A stretch of DNA of 64,000 bases, taken from contig NW_019091359.1 of the NCBI RefSeq assembly GCF_001949145.1, forward strand, positions 1,071,976 to 1,135,975, read 5' to 3'. The position numbers and the translations under genes were made by a program. Below, in pieces: positions 50,493 through 61,915 of this stretch. A model generated the notes under the pieces. The model was not told the DNA's origin. It did not search any database and worked only from the letters and a program-made list of their open reading frames with translations. The number at the start of each line of letters is the position of its first letter. The first letter of the stretch is position 1. Origin of the DNA: Acanthaster planci. Its lineage: Eukaryota.

Positions 50493-50924
50493 TAGTCTTG
50501 CTTCCAAGACATTGCTATTTATTTGGCTCGGCCAACCGTATCGCTCTCGAACTATCACTTGCAACGTCTCGGCCTAATACATGCATATGCAATGCCTACT
50601 GTAAATCTACATAATTACTGTAATAAATGTGTATGCAGTAAGTCTTATCCCCTGACTGCCAGCACCACAAACAACATGATTGATGTGACTCCATTAACCT
50701 GACTATTGTACAGTATGTACGGAAAAAAAAGGGGGGGCCATATTCCCATGTATACAATCAGCACATGTGCACTAATCTCCCCCTTTTCAGGGGAGATTTT
50801 TAGAAATGGTCAAGATGTTGCTACTGACGATTCATGGGTAGTACACTTAGCTGTGCATAATACGCCCTCTGGTGGCGGCGAGTTTATAAACTACATCAAT
50901 AGTAACGTGTTGGAACCAAGACTG
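50493..50924. mobile_element. Non-autonomous TIR element containing a CTCF-like motif
   Basis: agtcttgcttccaagacattgctatt vs reverse complement of the right end agtcttggttccaacacgttactatt. ccgccaccagagggcg on the minus strand at 50863-50878. Confidence 0.65.
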
Positions 50925-52275
50925 AGTGTGTCACATCTTAGGTAATCTGGATGGAAATTTCTGCCCAGGGTAGTTCACAAAACAGCCAAGAACTAAACAA
51001 ACTGAAAAGGCAAAATGAAACCCGTCCCCCAAGCAGTAGAAAATATGGTGACTGTACTTTACATGGACTTCTCTCTTAGACAATGGCATGTAACAATCTC
51101 TTTTCTGTTCCACCAGAGAAAATTCAAATTTTGGCAAGAGTTTTTGCAACTTTGCAATAGGAAAAATGTGGATGTAATGCACCAGTGTTCAAACAAATTT
51201 GAGGAAGGCTTGAACGGTGAATGAGTTCACACAAGCGTGCGGCATGGCATCCATAGTGTGAACCTCTGCACAAAAGAAGTCCACATAATGCAAGGTGCGA
51301 TGGCATTGTGTGGACTCGCACATGTTCACACAGTGTTTCCTTTCTGAAAAAAAGTTTCAGAGGCATTAAAGTCAGGGTTATCTGTGGCAATATGAAGATG
51401 AACAGTCCAGGAAATCATTACCAAAACTCTAGCTCAAAGGAAATCCTAGTGAGAGAAAGAGGAGCTTTTTTGCCAAGTTTAACCACAGGAGAACAAAGGA
51501 ACGTCCACACTTCATATGTGAAACAAGTACATGTATGGGTGTGGGAGAGTATGTGCATTAATGCCACACCATTATTTAAAGCAAAAAAGGAATAATTTTC
51601 AGTTAATTTTCAGCACAACCAACGAAGTGTATACAATATATCAGTCAAACTCCCATTCCAAGTCACGCTGAAGCCAGCAGAATATGGAAATGAACCATTC
51701 ATATGAAAACATTTCGGAAAACGAGGAACATTTTCCTGTACTGTTGGTTAAAACTGCAGCGCTAAACAAGCTTTTGGCTGACGTTTCTGCAATCTCTGAT
51801 CGAAATGTTTTAAAACTAAATGTGGATGTACCATTTTAAAAATACTGCGAGGATGCTCTTTTGATCACAGATTATAATATGAAAGGAAAAAGTTCTATAG
51901 GATTATGTACACTTTACAGCTGTACTAAGCAACATTTCCTTCCCATTCCTACTAATTTTGATAAAATCTGTCACTAACCAGCTCAGACGGTGAGTTGAGG
52001 AAGTCTCTTTAATAGTTAGCAGATCACCATTGTCAGCGCTTGATTATTGTTCATTCTACTTTCCTTTTTCAGAAGCTGCGGATCGCCTGGGCGGATCCAA
52101 CCCCAGAATGAGCGGAACTGGGAATGAATGGCCTTGACAATGCCTTTGTTGACCAAGGATGCCAGAAGTATTTTATGTTCATTGCTGCACCACAGAAACT
52201 CCGCTGATTACACACAGGTTCAGTCGTGACCCTGTGCCTGGCTGTATTTGAGTTTGTCGGCACAATATTCTGGCA

Positions 52276-53946
52276 ATGGGCGAGTTAGTTCAAGGATCAG
52301 AACAGACTTGTAGGATGTGCGGTGTCACTGAATTGGGCAAAGCGAGACAAAAGCTCAGAGTGCTACTGTTAGCTTGGCTGTTGATAGGGTTTGAGATACA
52401 GGGCACCTGGGCCTGTCCCGAGCTGTGTGAATGTGACGGTCTAACGGTGACCTGCTCCGACGCGACAGAAATTCCCGTGGACATTCCTCCTGAAACCACC
52501 GTTCTCATGTTCCCCCGCCATCGCTTCACCAACCTGCCCGGCTACACCTTTGTCCCCCATAACCTCCGCAATCTCAGGGAGCTCCATCTCCGCAGGGGCA
52601 ACTTGGAGGTCATCAACGAGAATGCATTCCACGGGCTGCCCGAACTGACCAAGCTGCACTTGGACTACAACAACCTCCAGAACATAGACGCCAATGCTTT
52701 TGATAGCTTGGGCAAAGTGGACCACCTATATCTGTATTACAACAAGCTGCAGCGGATCCGTGCCCGGCAGTTTGTTGGCCTGCCTGCACTGAGGTGGATG
52801 TCACTGAGCTTTAATGCCCTGACAGACATACCTGCCAACGCCTTCCAGGGGTTGGAACATCTCACCACTTTGTACATCCGCTATAATCACCTGTCGGAGC
52901 TCGGTGATTATCAGTCCTTCAGCGGACTGCACAAGCTACAGATGCTGAGCCTGGAGAACAACCATGCCCTGAGGACTGTCGGTGATGAGACCTTTAGCCA
53001 GCTGTACTCCCTGACAGACCTGGAACTAGGAGGCAATCAACTGACATCTGACAGCTTCACAGAGGCCACCTTCTCTGGTCTGCACAAACTTCACACCTTG
53101 AACTTCCATAACAATCCCCTAGGTCTTGTCCCATCCCTGGCTCTCAAGGCTATCCCTCAGCTAGACACCCTTCGTCTCACAAGCTGTCAGCTTAGGTCTG
53201 TGCGACAAAACGACTTTGAGTATGCCCCAGACTTGAAACAGCTGTTTCTAGACGACAACGTGGCTCTCAAGCAAATCCCAGCACACACTCTCAGTGAACT
53301 CGAACAGCTGGAAATCCTTGATTTCTCTCGAAATTCCGTGACCGACATCCTTGCATTCTCTTTCCAGAATGCCACCAGCTTAAAGAAGCTGTTCATTACA
53401 GACTCCAAACTGAGTGGCATTGAGGAGGATGGTCTGGATGGCCTGGTAAATCTGGATGAGCTGAACTTGTCTAACAATGAGCTTACAACCCTACCCAAAA
53501 CTGCTCTGGATTCGATACCCTACAGCGACAGTCTAAAGATTGACCTGGGGGACAACCCTTGGGCGTGCGATTGTCATCTCCGAGACTTCCTCCAGTGGGT
53601 GGACAAGCATTATGATGCTCCACAGATACAGCAGATTTTCAACATCACTGAGCACCAGCCGAAGTGTCTCAGTCCCCCACAGAATGCTGGCAGGAGCATC
53701 TTCGACATCCCCACCCATGACCTGAGCTGTGAGGCTCCGCCCCCAAAGGACATTGGCCATGAGGAGAACCAGCGGCGGGTGACCATTGGAAGCTGTGTGG
53801 GCCTAGCCATAGTTGTCATACTGTGCACGGTTCTATCGATTTTGTTCTATCGCCGAAGACAAAGGAAACTACGAGATATGCTTCGGCGCTACGGGTCCAG
53901 GGACAACGTCAGCTCATTTCCACTGGACGATAATGTATCAATTTGA
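52276..53946 (+). CDS. LRR single-pass transmembrane protein (signal peptide, LRRNT, ~14 LRRs, LRRCT, TM, short tail), intronless CDS
   Basis: 556 aa ORF: CPELCECDG LRRNT, LxxLxLxxNxL repeats, DNPWACDCHL LRRCT, TM VTIGSCVGLAIVVILCTVLSILFY followed by RRRQRK. Upstream acceptor at 52071-52072 implies a non-coding 5' exon. Start may be the later ATG at 52315. Confidence 0.93.
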   Translation: MGELVQGSEQTCRMCGVTELGKARQKLRVLLLAWLLIGFEIQGTWACPELCECDGLTVTCSDATEIPVDIPPETTVLMFPRHRFTNLPGYTFVPHNLRNLRELHLRRGNLEVINENAFHGLPELTKLHLDYNNLQNIDANAFDSLGKVDHLYLYYNKLQRIRARQFVGLPALRWMSLSFNALTDIPANAFQGLEHLTTLYIRYNHLSELGDYQSFSGLHKLQMLSLENNHALRTVGDETFSQLYSLTDLELGGNQLTSDSFTEATFSGLHKLHTLNFHNNPLGLVPSLALKAIPQLDTLRLTSCQLRSVRQNDFEYAPDLKQLFLDDNVALKQIPAHTLSELEQLEILDFSRNSVTDILAFSFQNATSLKKLFITDSKLSGIEEDGLDGLVNLDELNLSNNELTTLPKTALDSIPYSDSLKIDLGDNPWACDCHLRDFLQWVDKHYDAPQIQQIFNITEHQPKCLSPPQNAGRSIFDIPTHDLSCEAPPPKDIGHEENQRRVTIGSCVGLAIVVILCTVLSILFYRRRQRKLRDMLRRYGSRDNVSSFPLDDNVSI

Positions 53947-54782
53947 TGGAAATGTCGTTAACTTCTGAAGACAAATAACACTGATGATTACCTCTTTTTG
54001 TAATATTTACAAATATTTACAAAATTCAGTGTACATGTTTGTGCCCATGTGGTGCATTTTTGTTGGTCATTTGTTTGCATTGGATGAAGATGCATAAGCA
54101 AGCACATTGCTTCTAGTAAGGTGTTTTATGGCGTAAACAGAATATCTGATGAGAGTTACACGCACTGTACATGTATTCCTTAAATTGCAATGCTTTATGC
54201 TCTTGAATCTTGCTAATGAGATGTACACTACATTTACTCAAAAAAGGTTAAGGACCATTTTTTCTTAACTTGTAATTTTTGTCCAAGCAATGAGTGGGGT
54301 CTAGTTCCTTCATTTTTGTTTGCCTAGATAGTGTTCTCATTGGAATAAAAAATTTAAAAATGTTTAAAAACATGAAATGCACATTTTCAGCAGTAAAATA
54401 TCTCATGTAAAAAAGAATACACAAAATAAAAAGTGGTCCTTAACTTTTTTTTGAGAGCAGTGTATATTGGGTAAAGTACCAGCAAATCATATTGTAAAAG
54501 ACTGTGTGTGGCCGGTAATTTGAAAGCAAATGATTGGTATGAAATGCTGCATGTGATATTCACTGTACATAAAACAAAAGACAATTAATTAGCCTACCCT
54601 AAGGGACCTGCTATGGTAATTTCGTGGATATATTTGGAAGTCTCTTTTGAAAAAGTGGATGGCGTAAAATCATGCCATCTCTTAAAACTGAGGTTGACTT
54701 GCGACACATGTGATTTTAATACTCTGACTGGACACCGCTGACCCTTTCCAGAAAGGGTAAGCCATGTCCAATTACGCTGTAC

Positions 54783-54871
54783 TTGGCTGTGGCTTGAAAT
54801 CCCACATGCCTCTATGGGTGGTGGCTGTATCCACTATCACAGAGTTCTGTGTGATTTCAAGCCGCAGCCAA
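54783..54871. repeat. Short hairpin / mini inverted-repeat element
   Basis: ttggctgtggcttgaaatcccaca ... tgtgtgatttcaagccgcagccaa, 22/24 complementary. Confidence 0.75.
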
Positions 54872-55662
54872 TTAATTTGGACACGGCCATAGTCTTGGTT
54901 GAAGATGCCGGTGAATGAATTACACATTGTAGTGTGCCCTCTAATGACATGATAAAGCCAGCTTGTCTGCTCTCTCAAGCAAGAGAAACAATCAGTGACA
55001 TCATGAGCCAAGACTATGACAAGCGTGAACGCTTGAAATGAAACATTTTAGTCTGTTTAGACAATGAACTTTCAGCAAAAGGGTCCACTGTTGTCAATAT
55101 TTAGATTACTGTAGTTTCTGGTGTTGAAAGCAAAAATCTGTAGTGTGCCATCTATGAAATGCAACTCTGCTACAAAGGACTATCAGAGAAATGATTTTAA
55201 GAATGAAAAATATTATACAAATCAGTAATTTTTGTATGAATAAAAAGACAACGAATTCAAGAATCAACAAGAAGTGGATCAGACGATTCATTCACTGATC
55301 AATAAACAGAAGCTCCAAGGCAGTGGTCTCATAGCTGATCAATATGATAACACGAAGAAGAGTGATTTGAAATGCAGGCAGATTCAAATTATGAATGAGA
55401 TCATAATCATAATAAGAAACTGCAATTATTATTTAGGGAAAGGGGTATGTAACAGGAAATTTAATGAAATTGACTTCAACTGACAGAGTCATTAATCATT
55501 CATACATAAATCGGTCTCTGAGCTGAGAGTCCAAAGTACCATTTATACATAAATATTTCCCATTTTTAACAATATTTATCCTACTGAGGTTATTACATGT
55601 TTGGAGCAGAAGGCCCTGTAATTCATAAGAGCACTGGGATAATTGACAAGCAAATTATCTGG

Positions 55663-56130
55663 TAGGGCTGTGCCGAATATCCAAATATTCGATCAATTAT
55701 CGAATATATTTGAATATTATTTTCTGACTTTGAATATTCGAATACAAAATTCATGAAAAGGGAGAAGTTTTTTGTTTTAAATGAGACTTTGGAGGCTTGT
55801 TTCAAGCAGATTCAAATGAAAAGTGACAGAAATATTACAATGATTCAAAAAGTAAATTAGTCATTAAAAAATTTAAAAAGTAATAGAAACTTCCAACAGG
55901 GCAAGACGTATTGTTCATCTTTTCAATCTTGCTAAACCATGGCTGGAGATACTCCTAGACTTGAGAAAATATTATAGTGATTACAATGTACAATTGTGTG
56001 CATTATTACAACTGATTTTGCATATAGTTTGTTCAACAATGTGCTGGTTGGCACAACTGAATATTTGAATATCGACTGAACTGAAGGTCAAATATTTGAA
56101 TAGTGAATTATTTGAATTGATTCAGCCCTA
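55663..56130 (+). mobile_element. hAT-superfamily non-autonomous element
   Basis: Ends tagggctg / cagcccta, 8 bp target-site duplication ttatctgg / ttacctgg (7/8), second copy at 16873. Confidence 0.85.
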
Positions 56131-58606
56131 TTACCTGGTGCTGGTTTATACCTCAGGAAAGGAAGCATGCAAATGGTGAACATTGATTTCCATGTTTTTC
56201 TCAATGGATGTTTTGAGGGGATAAGCAGTTTTTCTGATGCTTATTCCCCCGCCAAAAGATGAAAAAAAAGGAGAGAAAAAAAGATTCTAGAAGAAGCATA
56301 TCAACCAGAACCACAAAAATTCTCCTATGCACCCCCCCACAAGACAGTGTTCAAAAACTTCATGGAAAATCCATAATTTCTTTTTTTCATGTCAGAATAC
56401 AGATATGCTGACATGGCATATGAAACTAACCTAATAGTAATTTGGGTGGCACACCTTCGGATATGATCACTCAGCCACTATCCAAATAACTCAGCTCAGG
56501 GCAGCGGCACAATGGCTGACTAAAAGCAAGTGTGGCTTTGTGCACAAGGCAAGAAAATTAATGAGGGCCCCTTGGGCAGAAAAAGCGCACACACATGTAT
56601 TTTTTCCATTATGTTAATGACACACTGGGGATTAGACAGCGACAGTCTAAATAGAGATATGTGTGACTAGAATGATTTTTCAATGCAATAACAATGAATG
56701 AGGAAAAAAATAAGTTCAAGTTTAATAATAAATATGGCAAGTTCTTTTGAGCAAACAATACTGACGGAGACTACATTCTGCACTCTACAAGTACAGACAT
56801 GTACATGTGTACATGAGTAAAGTGCATGCAGTCTTGTACAAACACAATTGTCATAATTTTTCAGAAATACTGATGCATTTATACAGAGGTTGAAATTGCT
56901 TGACATATTGCCTATCATGAACCAATCCTTTTCGGTTAACTTCTGGCTGGGAAGCTTATCCCTTGGATTCCTGGAAAATAAGTACATGTACTGACATTAT
57001 TAGGATTGCCAAAATAGAGCAGACCAGTCATCTTGAGGGAAGATGAAAGAAACTGTCTGTGCAACGGAAGCTCTTGAATTAATTACCAACAACTGTACAA
57101 CTAAGTGTCTCTGCTTACCAGTGCTTTTATTTCCTGAACAAATTACAATCAATCCTAGTACAGCTGATTAGCTGGATGTGGAGTCTCAGACTCAAGACTC
57201 AATGTTGTGCTTTGCGATATAAATACATCTGCCATTTGCCCAATGTCTAACTCTATCAACTTTTTTTCACAAATAAGATGCTTGAGTGTCCTCACAAGTA
57301 AGCATAAAATTTGAGAACACTGAAACATAGACCCGGCTTGTGAACTCCTGAAGTTCAGGAGTTGAGATGGTTTCAGGATGTTCAGATGATGTAAGCCCAA
57401 TGTGGAGGGAATATATCGGTACCATACTTCAAGATACTGTGCCCCTTACAAAAGCTTTGATATTTTTACACACACACTACCAACCCCAGAGCAAAACGTT
57501 ATATCATGGGGGAAACGGATGTGATGACATCATGGCACAAAATGACATAACCATTCCATTAAGAATCACTGACAAATAACAGGAAACTATCATATTATGC
57601 AAGTACATGACGAATATACACACATTTTTACAGATGAGTAAATGGACCTGGATATGGTAAAGTGCTTTGTGGCAGACCACAACTGTGCTCAGTACTAAAA
57701 GGTCATTACAGCTTAAACGTTATTTTTAAAAATATATCTTCTGGCCTTACTTTGAGCATGAAAGAAATATTGTATCGAAACAGACTAGATTTGTTGCACT
57801 TTTATTTATTCAACTACTTTTCTTGGGCTGGCCTATTTACACTTCAACAAATTTTGTTGCCTGATTTCATGTTCAAAATAGTATTTTTCAATAAGGTCGT
57901 TTTAATGCACTTTTTCAGTAAGATACTTTTAGCACTGACGTGACAATCTGTCCTTTAACATGTAATTTCCACATTAAAATGACCACAGTAACCATGGTTA
58001 CGCCATGCTGAACTCTGATCGATGCCACAACTATATATCCTCCTAGCAGATGACGTTACTGCAGTGGTATTGCACTCTGGCACCTATACTTAGTAACTAG
58101 ACTTACATGTGCATTTATACAAGTCACAACACCATCCAAGTTGAAGGGGTAATCAAGCACTTCCACTACTTGTTCAGGACGGTGGTGCCATGGCAGGAAT
58201 GGCTTCGATGGATAAGTCTACGGCAGGGGAAAACATGTTCTTTGCTACAATGCCACACAGTCGTAAGAGATTTTCATCACATCACAACTTTCCATGAATA
58301 ATTGCAAAGGCCTATTGCTCTGGAGGAACAAATAGATGAAAGTGATCCTCTTCACTTGGTGACACTTGAGGAAAGACAAATAACATCAACTGAAAATGGT
58401 ACACTCTGGTACATAAATCTAACTTAAATGTAATGCAATGCACTCTAATATATTATGAATCTAATGTATAAGACAAGCCTATTTGAAGCATAGGTGAGCA
58501 ATCTTGAGTGAATCAAGTTTGACCTAACAGTTTAACGTCATTCGTATACTGTACTGTTTACTTATTAAGGGAGCACTTCCACATCTTTGGGAGAGTTTTT
58601 TTGCAT

Positions 58607-59989
58607 TTATTTACAGGAGGGCACCAAGTAATAGTTAGCTGCCTGCTGAGCTTGGGGACATGACACATTTTTGTAAGTAGCTACTGGCTCAACTGTCTTC
58701 GGACCACTGACTCCACCAGGGACTTGTGCGTAAGCATAGACTGGAGACTGCAGACTCTTAATGCTAGAGTAAAAGTGCTCACTGCGTGTGCACACCTCCA
58801 AGGTGTTGGTTTTGTCTTCTGCAGATGTCTGGACGTGCGTCAATTGAAAGGATGTCTCTACAGTCAATGTAGAATTGTTTGCATGGTCTGACAGTGAATG
58901 TTTTCCAGTTGATTTATGCCTTTTTCTGTAGAAGTATGTTATGATGACTACCAAGGTAATGAGGACGGCAAGTCCAACAGCTCCAACTATGACTTCCACC
59001 ATTGGGAAGGATGTGCAGAACATGGAAATTTCTCGGCTGATAAAGAGGATATTTGGGCTGCCGTCCACACTGCAGTGTGTGGTGTCTAAATCGACGATGC
59101 TAATGTCAGGTTGAGCCTCCAAGTAACTGGCAAGATCTGCCAGGGTGCAATTGCAGGCCAAAGGGTTGTCATACAACGACAAGGAGGTCAAATAACGTAG
59201 GTTCTGAATGGTTTGCACAGACAGCGTCTGAAGCTTGTTAGAGTTCAGATGAAGTTCATATAGGCCTGTGGTGAGCCCCTTGAAAGCATCTGGATGGACG
59301 TATTCCAGCTTCATTCTGCTGAGGTCCAGGTAGTGTAGGTACTGCAGGTCTCCAAAGGGATCCTCTGGAAGTTCCCTGATGGGATTCCCCCTCAGATTGA
59401 TGGTCTGGAGGCTTTGCCGTAAGTCGATATTGTTGTTTTTGAAGACAGTTGGGACTTCCTCCAGCTGATTATGGTCTAGCTGCAGGGTCGCCAAGTTGGT
59501 TAAACCGGCAAAAGCATCTGCAGCTGTCATGCTTATCTCATTGTAGGACATGTCGAGATTGACTAGACCTTTAGCACCATGTAGCATCTCTTTTGAGATC
59601 TTAGACAGACGGTTATGGCTCATGTTCAGGTCACGCAGACGTCTTAAATTTCTAAAGGCCCCATCAGGGATTTCCCGCAAATCGGAGATATGATTATGCG
59701 ACAAGTCGAAAGTGACAAGTTGAGATGCCCGCAGATCAGGAACATGCTCCAAGTTTGTGTTGCTGAGAATCAGAGTGTGAGTGTCACTGAGGTCGGCAGA
59801 CGCCAAGTCCGAATCATTCAGCTTTGCGTAACTGCAGTTTACCAGCTTGGCACTATTCCTTCTGTCGCACTTGCAGATCTGGCATAATTGTAGCAGCTGA
59901 GAAGACTGGTTGAAAGATGGTGCAGCACAAGAAGTGAAGACAAAGCAGAGGGAGAGGAGAAATGGCCTACACACTGCAAATATCGCCAT
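58607..59989 (-). CDS. LRR single-pass receptor with tyrosine-motif cytoplasmic tail, paralog 1 (460 aa from MAIFAVC)
   Basis: Signal peptide, CQICKC N-cap, LRRs, DNPLACNCTL C-cap, TM, tail with FYSSI / YAYAQV / TYKNV / YYLVP. ATG chosen by alignment with paralog 2. Confidence 0.92.
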   Translation of the reverse strand: MAIFAVCRPFLLSLCFVFTSCAAPSFNQSSQLLQLCQICKCDRRNSAKLVNCSYAKLNDSDLASADLSDTHTLILSNTNLEHVPDLRASQLVTFDLSHNHISDLREIPDGAFRNLRRLRDLNMSHNRLSKISKEMLHGAKGLVNLDMSYNEISMTAADAFAGLTNLATLQLDHNQLEEVPTVFKNNNIDLRQSLQTINLRGNPIRELPEDPFGDLQYLHYLDLSRMKLEYVHPDAFKGLTTGLYELHLNSNKLQTLSVQTIQNLRYLTSLSLYDNPLACNCTLADLASYLEAQPDISIVDLDTTHCSVDGSPNILFISREISMFCTSFPMVEVIVGAVGLAVLITLVVIITYFYRKRHKSTGKHSLSDHANNSTLTVETSFQLTHVQTSAEDKTNTLEVCTRSEHFYSSIKSLQSPVYAYAQVPGGVSGPKTVEPVATYKNVSCPQAQQAANYYLVPSCK

Positions 59990-61084
59990 CTTACGACAGT
60001 GTTGTAAATTGCAAAGCTGGTGGAGGTCTGAAATGAACTGCTGGATTTTCAGGAATTTATAGGGTTTGCTTGTGCCCGACACTCAACAGACTATGTCACC
60101 TATACAGGAACTCTGGCACCACAAGTTCTGGCAAGTCACGGTCTCTGTGAAAACCGGAGTTGACATAATTTCCCTTAAGTTTTCATGCGCAAAGGTTTCC
60201 TATTTGTGTTTACTTCCTTCTGTGTAAAAAAGTTTGCTGCCCTGGGTCAACCCGAATGTACACAATACAGAAATGAAAATGTCCTATTATTACTACGCGT
60301 CGATGTTTTGATACACATATGATATACATGCAGGTGATACATCTTCATTAATCTCGCTACAATCGTAAAAAAAAATGTGAGTAATCATATCTTATCGTCT
60401 ATTCAATACTGTCGAGTATTCCTGACTCCAGTGGAGTACAACCATACTCATTGTACTAAACTGCAGTAGATCACAACATGTCTTGATGTAACCCTGATGA
60501 ATCTGCTTCATAATTTGTACCGGCAGTCTCACTGTAAAGTAACGCTTAGTATCCTGCATTTCCGACTCATTACCATAAACAGTTCCAATGTTTATAGTCA
60601 GGGGCTATCAAAGCCAAAAGCACGAGAGTGACAGCTAGGCTTGAGAAAGAAAATTAACACTGTGAATGTGCAAACAGTAATGACAGTGTTGATTTCTTAT
60701 TCAATTGCATAAGTCATGTGTTCCACAAAGGCTATGTAGTGTTTTCAGAAAGCTGACATTTTAAAATGTCTCCATGACAAAAATGACTGAAATCCTGCAA
60801 CTGCGGGAGAACTAACTTCTTTGCAAAATACAATTTTAGTACATAATGAAACTTATCTCTTCAAGGACAAATTCATATTCCTGCTTGTTAACTTATCCCC
60901 CCTCGGGGGATGGGGGGGAGGGGGGTGAGGAGGCTTCAATGGTAGAAAAACGAGAGAATGTTTACTGACTGACTAATAATGGGACAGCACACGCACCTTT
61001 ATAATGCACACTTGTAATGACATTACCTACAGGTGCTAGACGAATAGTTTTATATGCATATGCAGCAAGGTACGAGACGGAGAG

Positions 61085-61204
61085 NNNNNNNNNNNNNNNN
61101 NNNNNNNNNNNNNNNNNNNNNNNNNNNNNNNNNNNNNNNNNNNNNNNNNNNNNNNNNNNNNNNNNNNNNNNNNNNNNNNNNNNNNNNNNNNNNNNNNNNN
61201 NNNN
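61085..61204. other. Assembly gap
   Basis: Run of N. Confidence 1.
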
Positions 61205-61915
61205 TTTATATGCTATTTGACTAATGTACAGACTGCAATTTGTACATCTTTGATTCACAGCACCATTTTACAGATGAGTACATATGCTTAGAAATGGTGA
61301 AGTGCTTTGTGATAGACCACAACGACATTGTTTGAAATTACTACGGTCCTTTTCAATGTAATTTCCACGTAAAAATGACCCCAAACACTGCCACCATGGT
61401 TGTGCCATGTTAACCTCTGATTGGTGCCACAAATATCCTAGCAGATGACATGTTTTCAGGGGTATTACACTCTAGCAAGTACGCTTAAACTTGATGTGCA
61501 TATCAATTTCCAAATGCCCTCCTGGTTGAGATGGTATGTAATCAAGCACATATACCACATGTAAGTCATAATGGTGCCACCAGAGCGACAGCTGGCCGGA
61601 TTCTAGTCTAAACGTAAAAAAGAAAAGTTCTTCTTAGTTTATGAAAGTAAGCTACAGTCGTTCGAGATCTTCTCACACACACATCACAGCCTTCCACTGT
61701 TCTACTTTTCTACTGCACTTGAGGAAAAACAGAAGAAAGTGGTTGTCTGCCACACCCGAGCAAAAAGAAATACCCAGTTGAGAATGATACACGCTGGTAT
61801 GTGGATAACAAACTGCAATCTATTGTGTATGTAATGTGTAGGATAAGCCTACTTGTAGCACAGGTGAGCAATCTGGTATGACTCACGTTTGACCTGACAG
61901 TTTGATGTCGCTCTT

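Noticed and set aside
57119..57133. 15 nt minus-strand micro-exon (cag|GAAATAAAAGCACTG|gtaagc)
   Set aside because: Better explained as the AATAAA poly(A) signal of LRR paralog 1; no exon chain supports it.
49473..57400. Weak Artemis-like peptides on the minus strand (MSLKPTS ~49.5 kb, VTEEMGHQ ~50.15 kb, HASFPE ~56.15 kb, EKKLIELDIG ~57.25 kb)
   Set aside because: Short matches, out of domain order and without consistent splice sites.
59990..60082. N-terminal extension of the 491 aa ORF
   Set aside because: Non-ATG start; the signal peptide and paralog alignment place the start at 59989.
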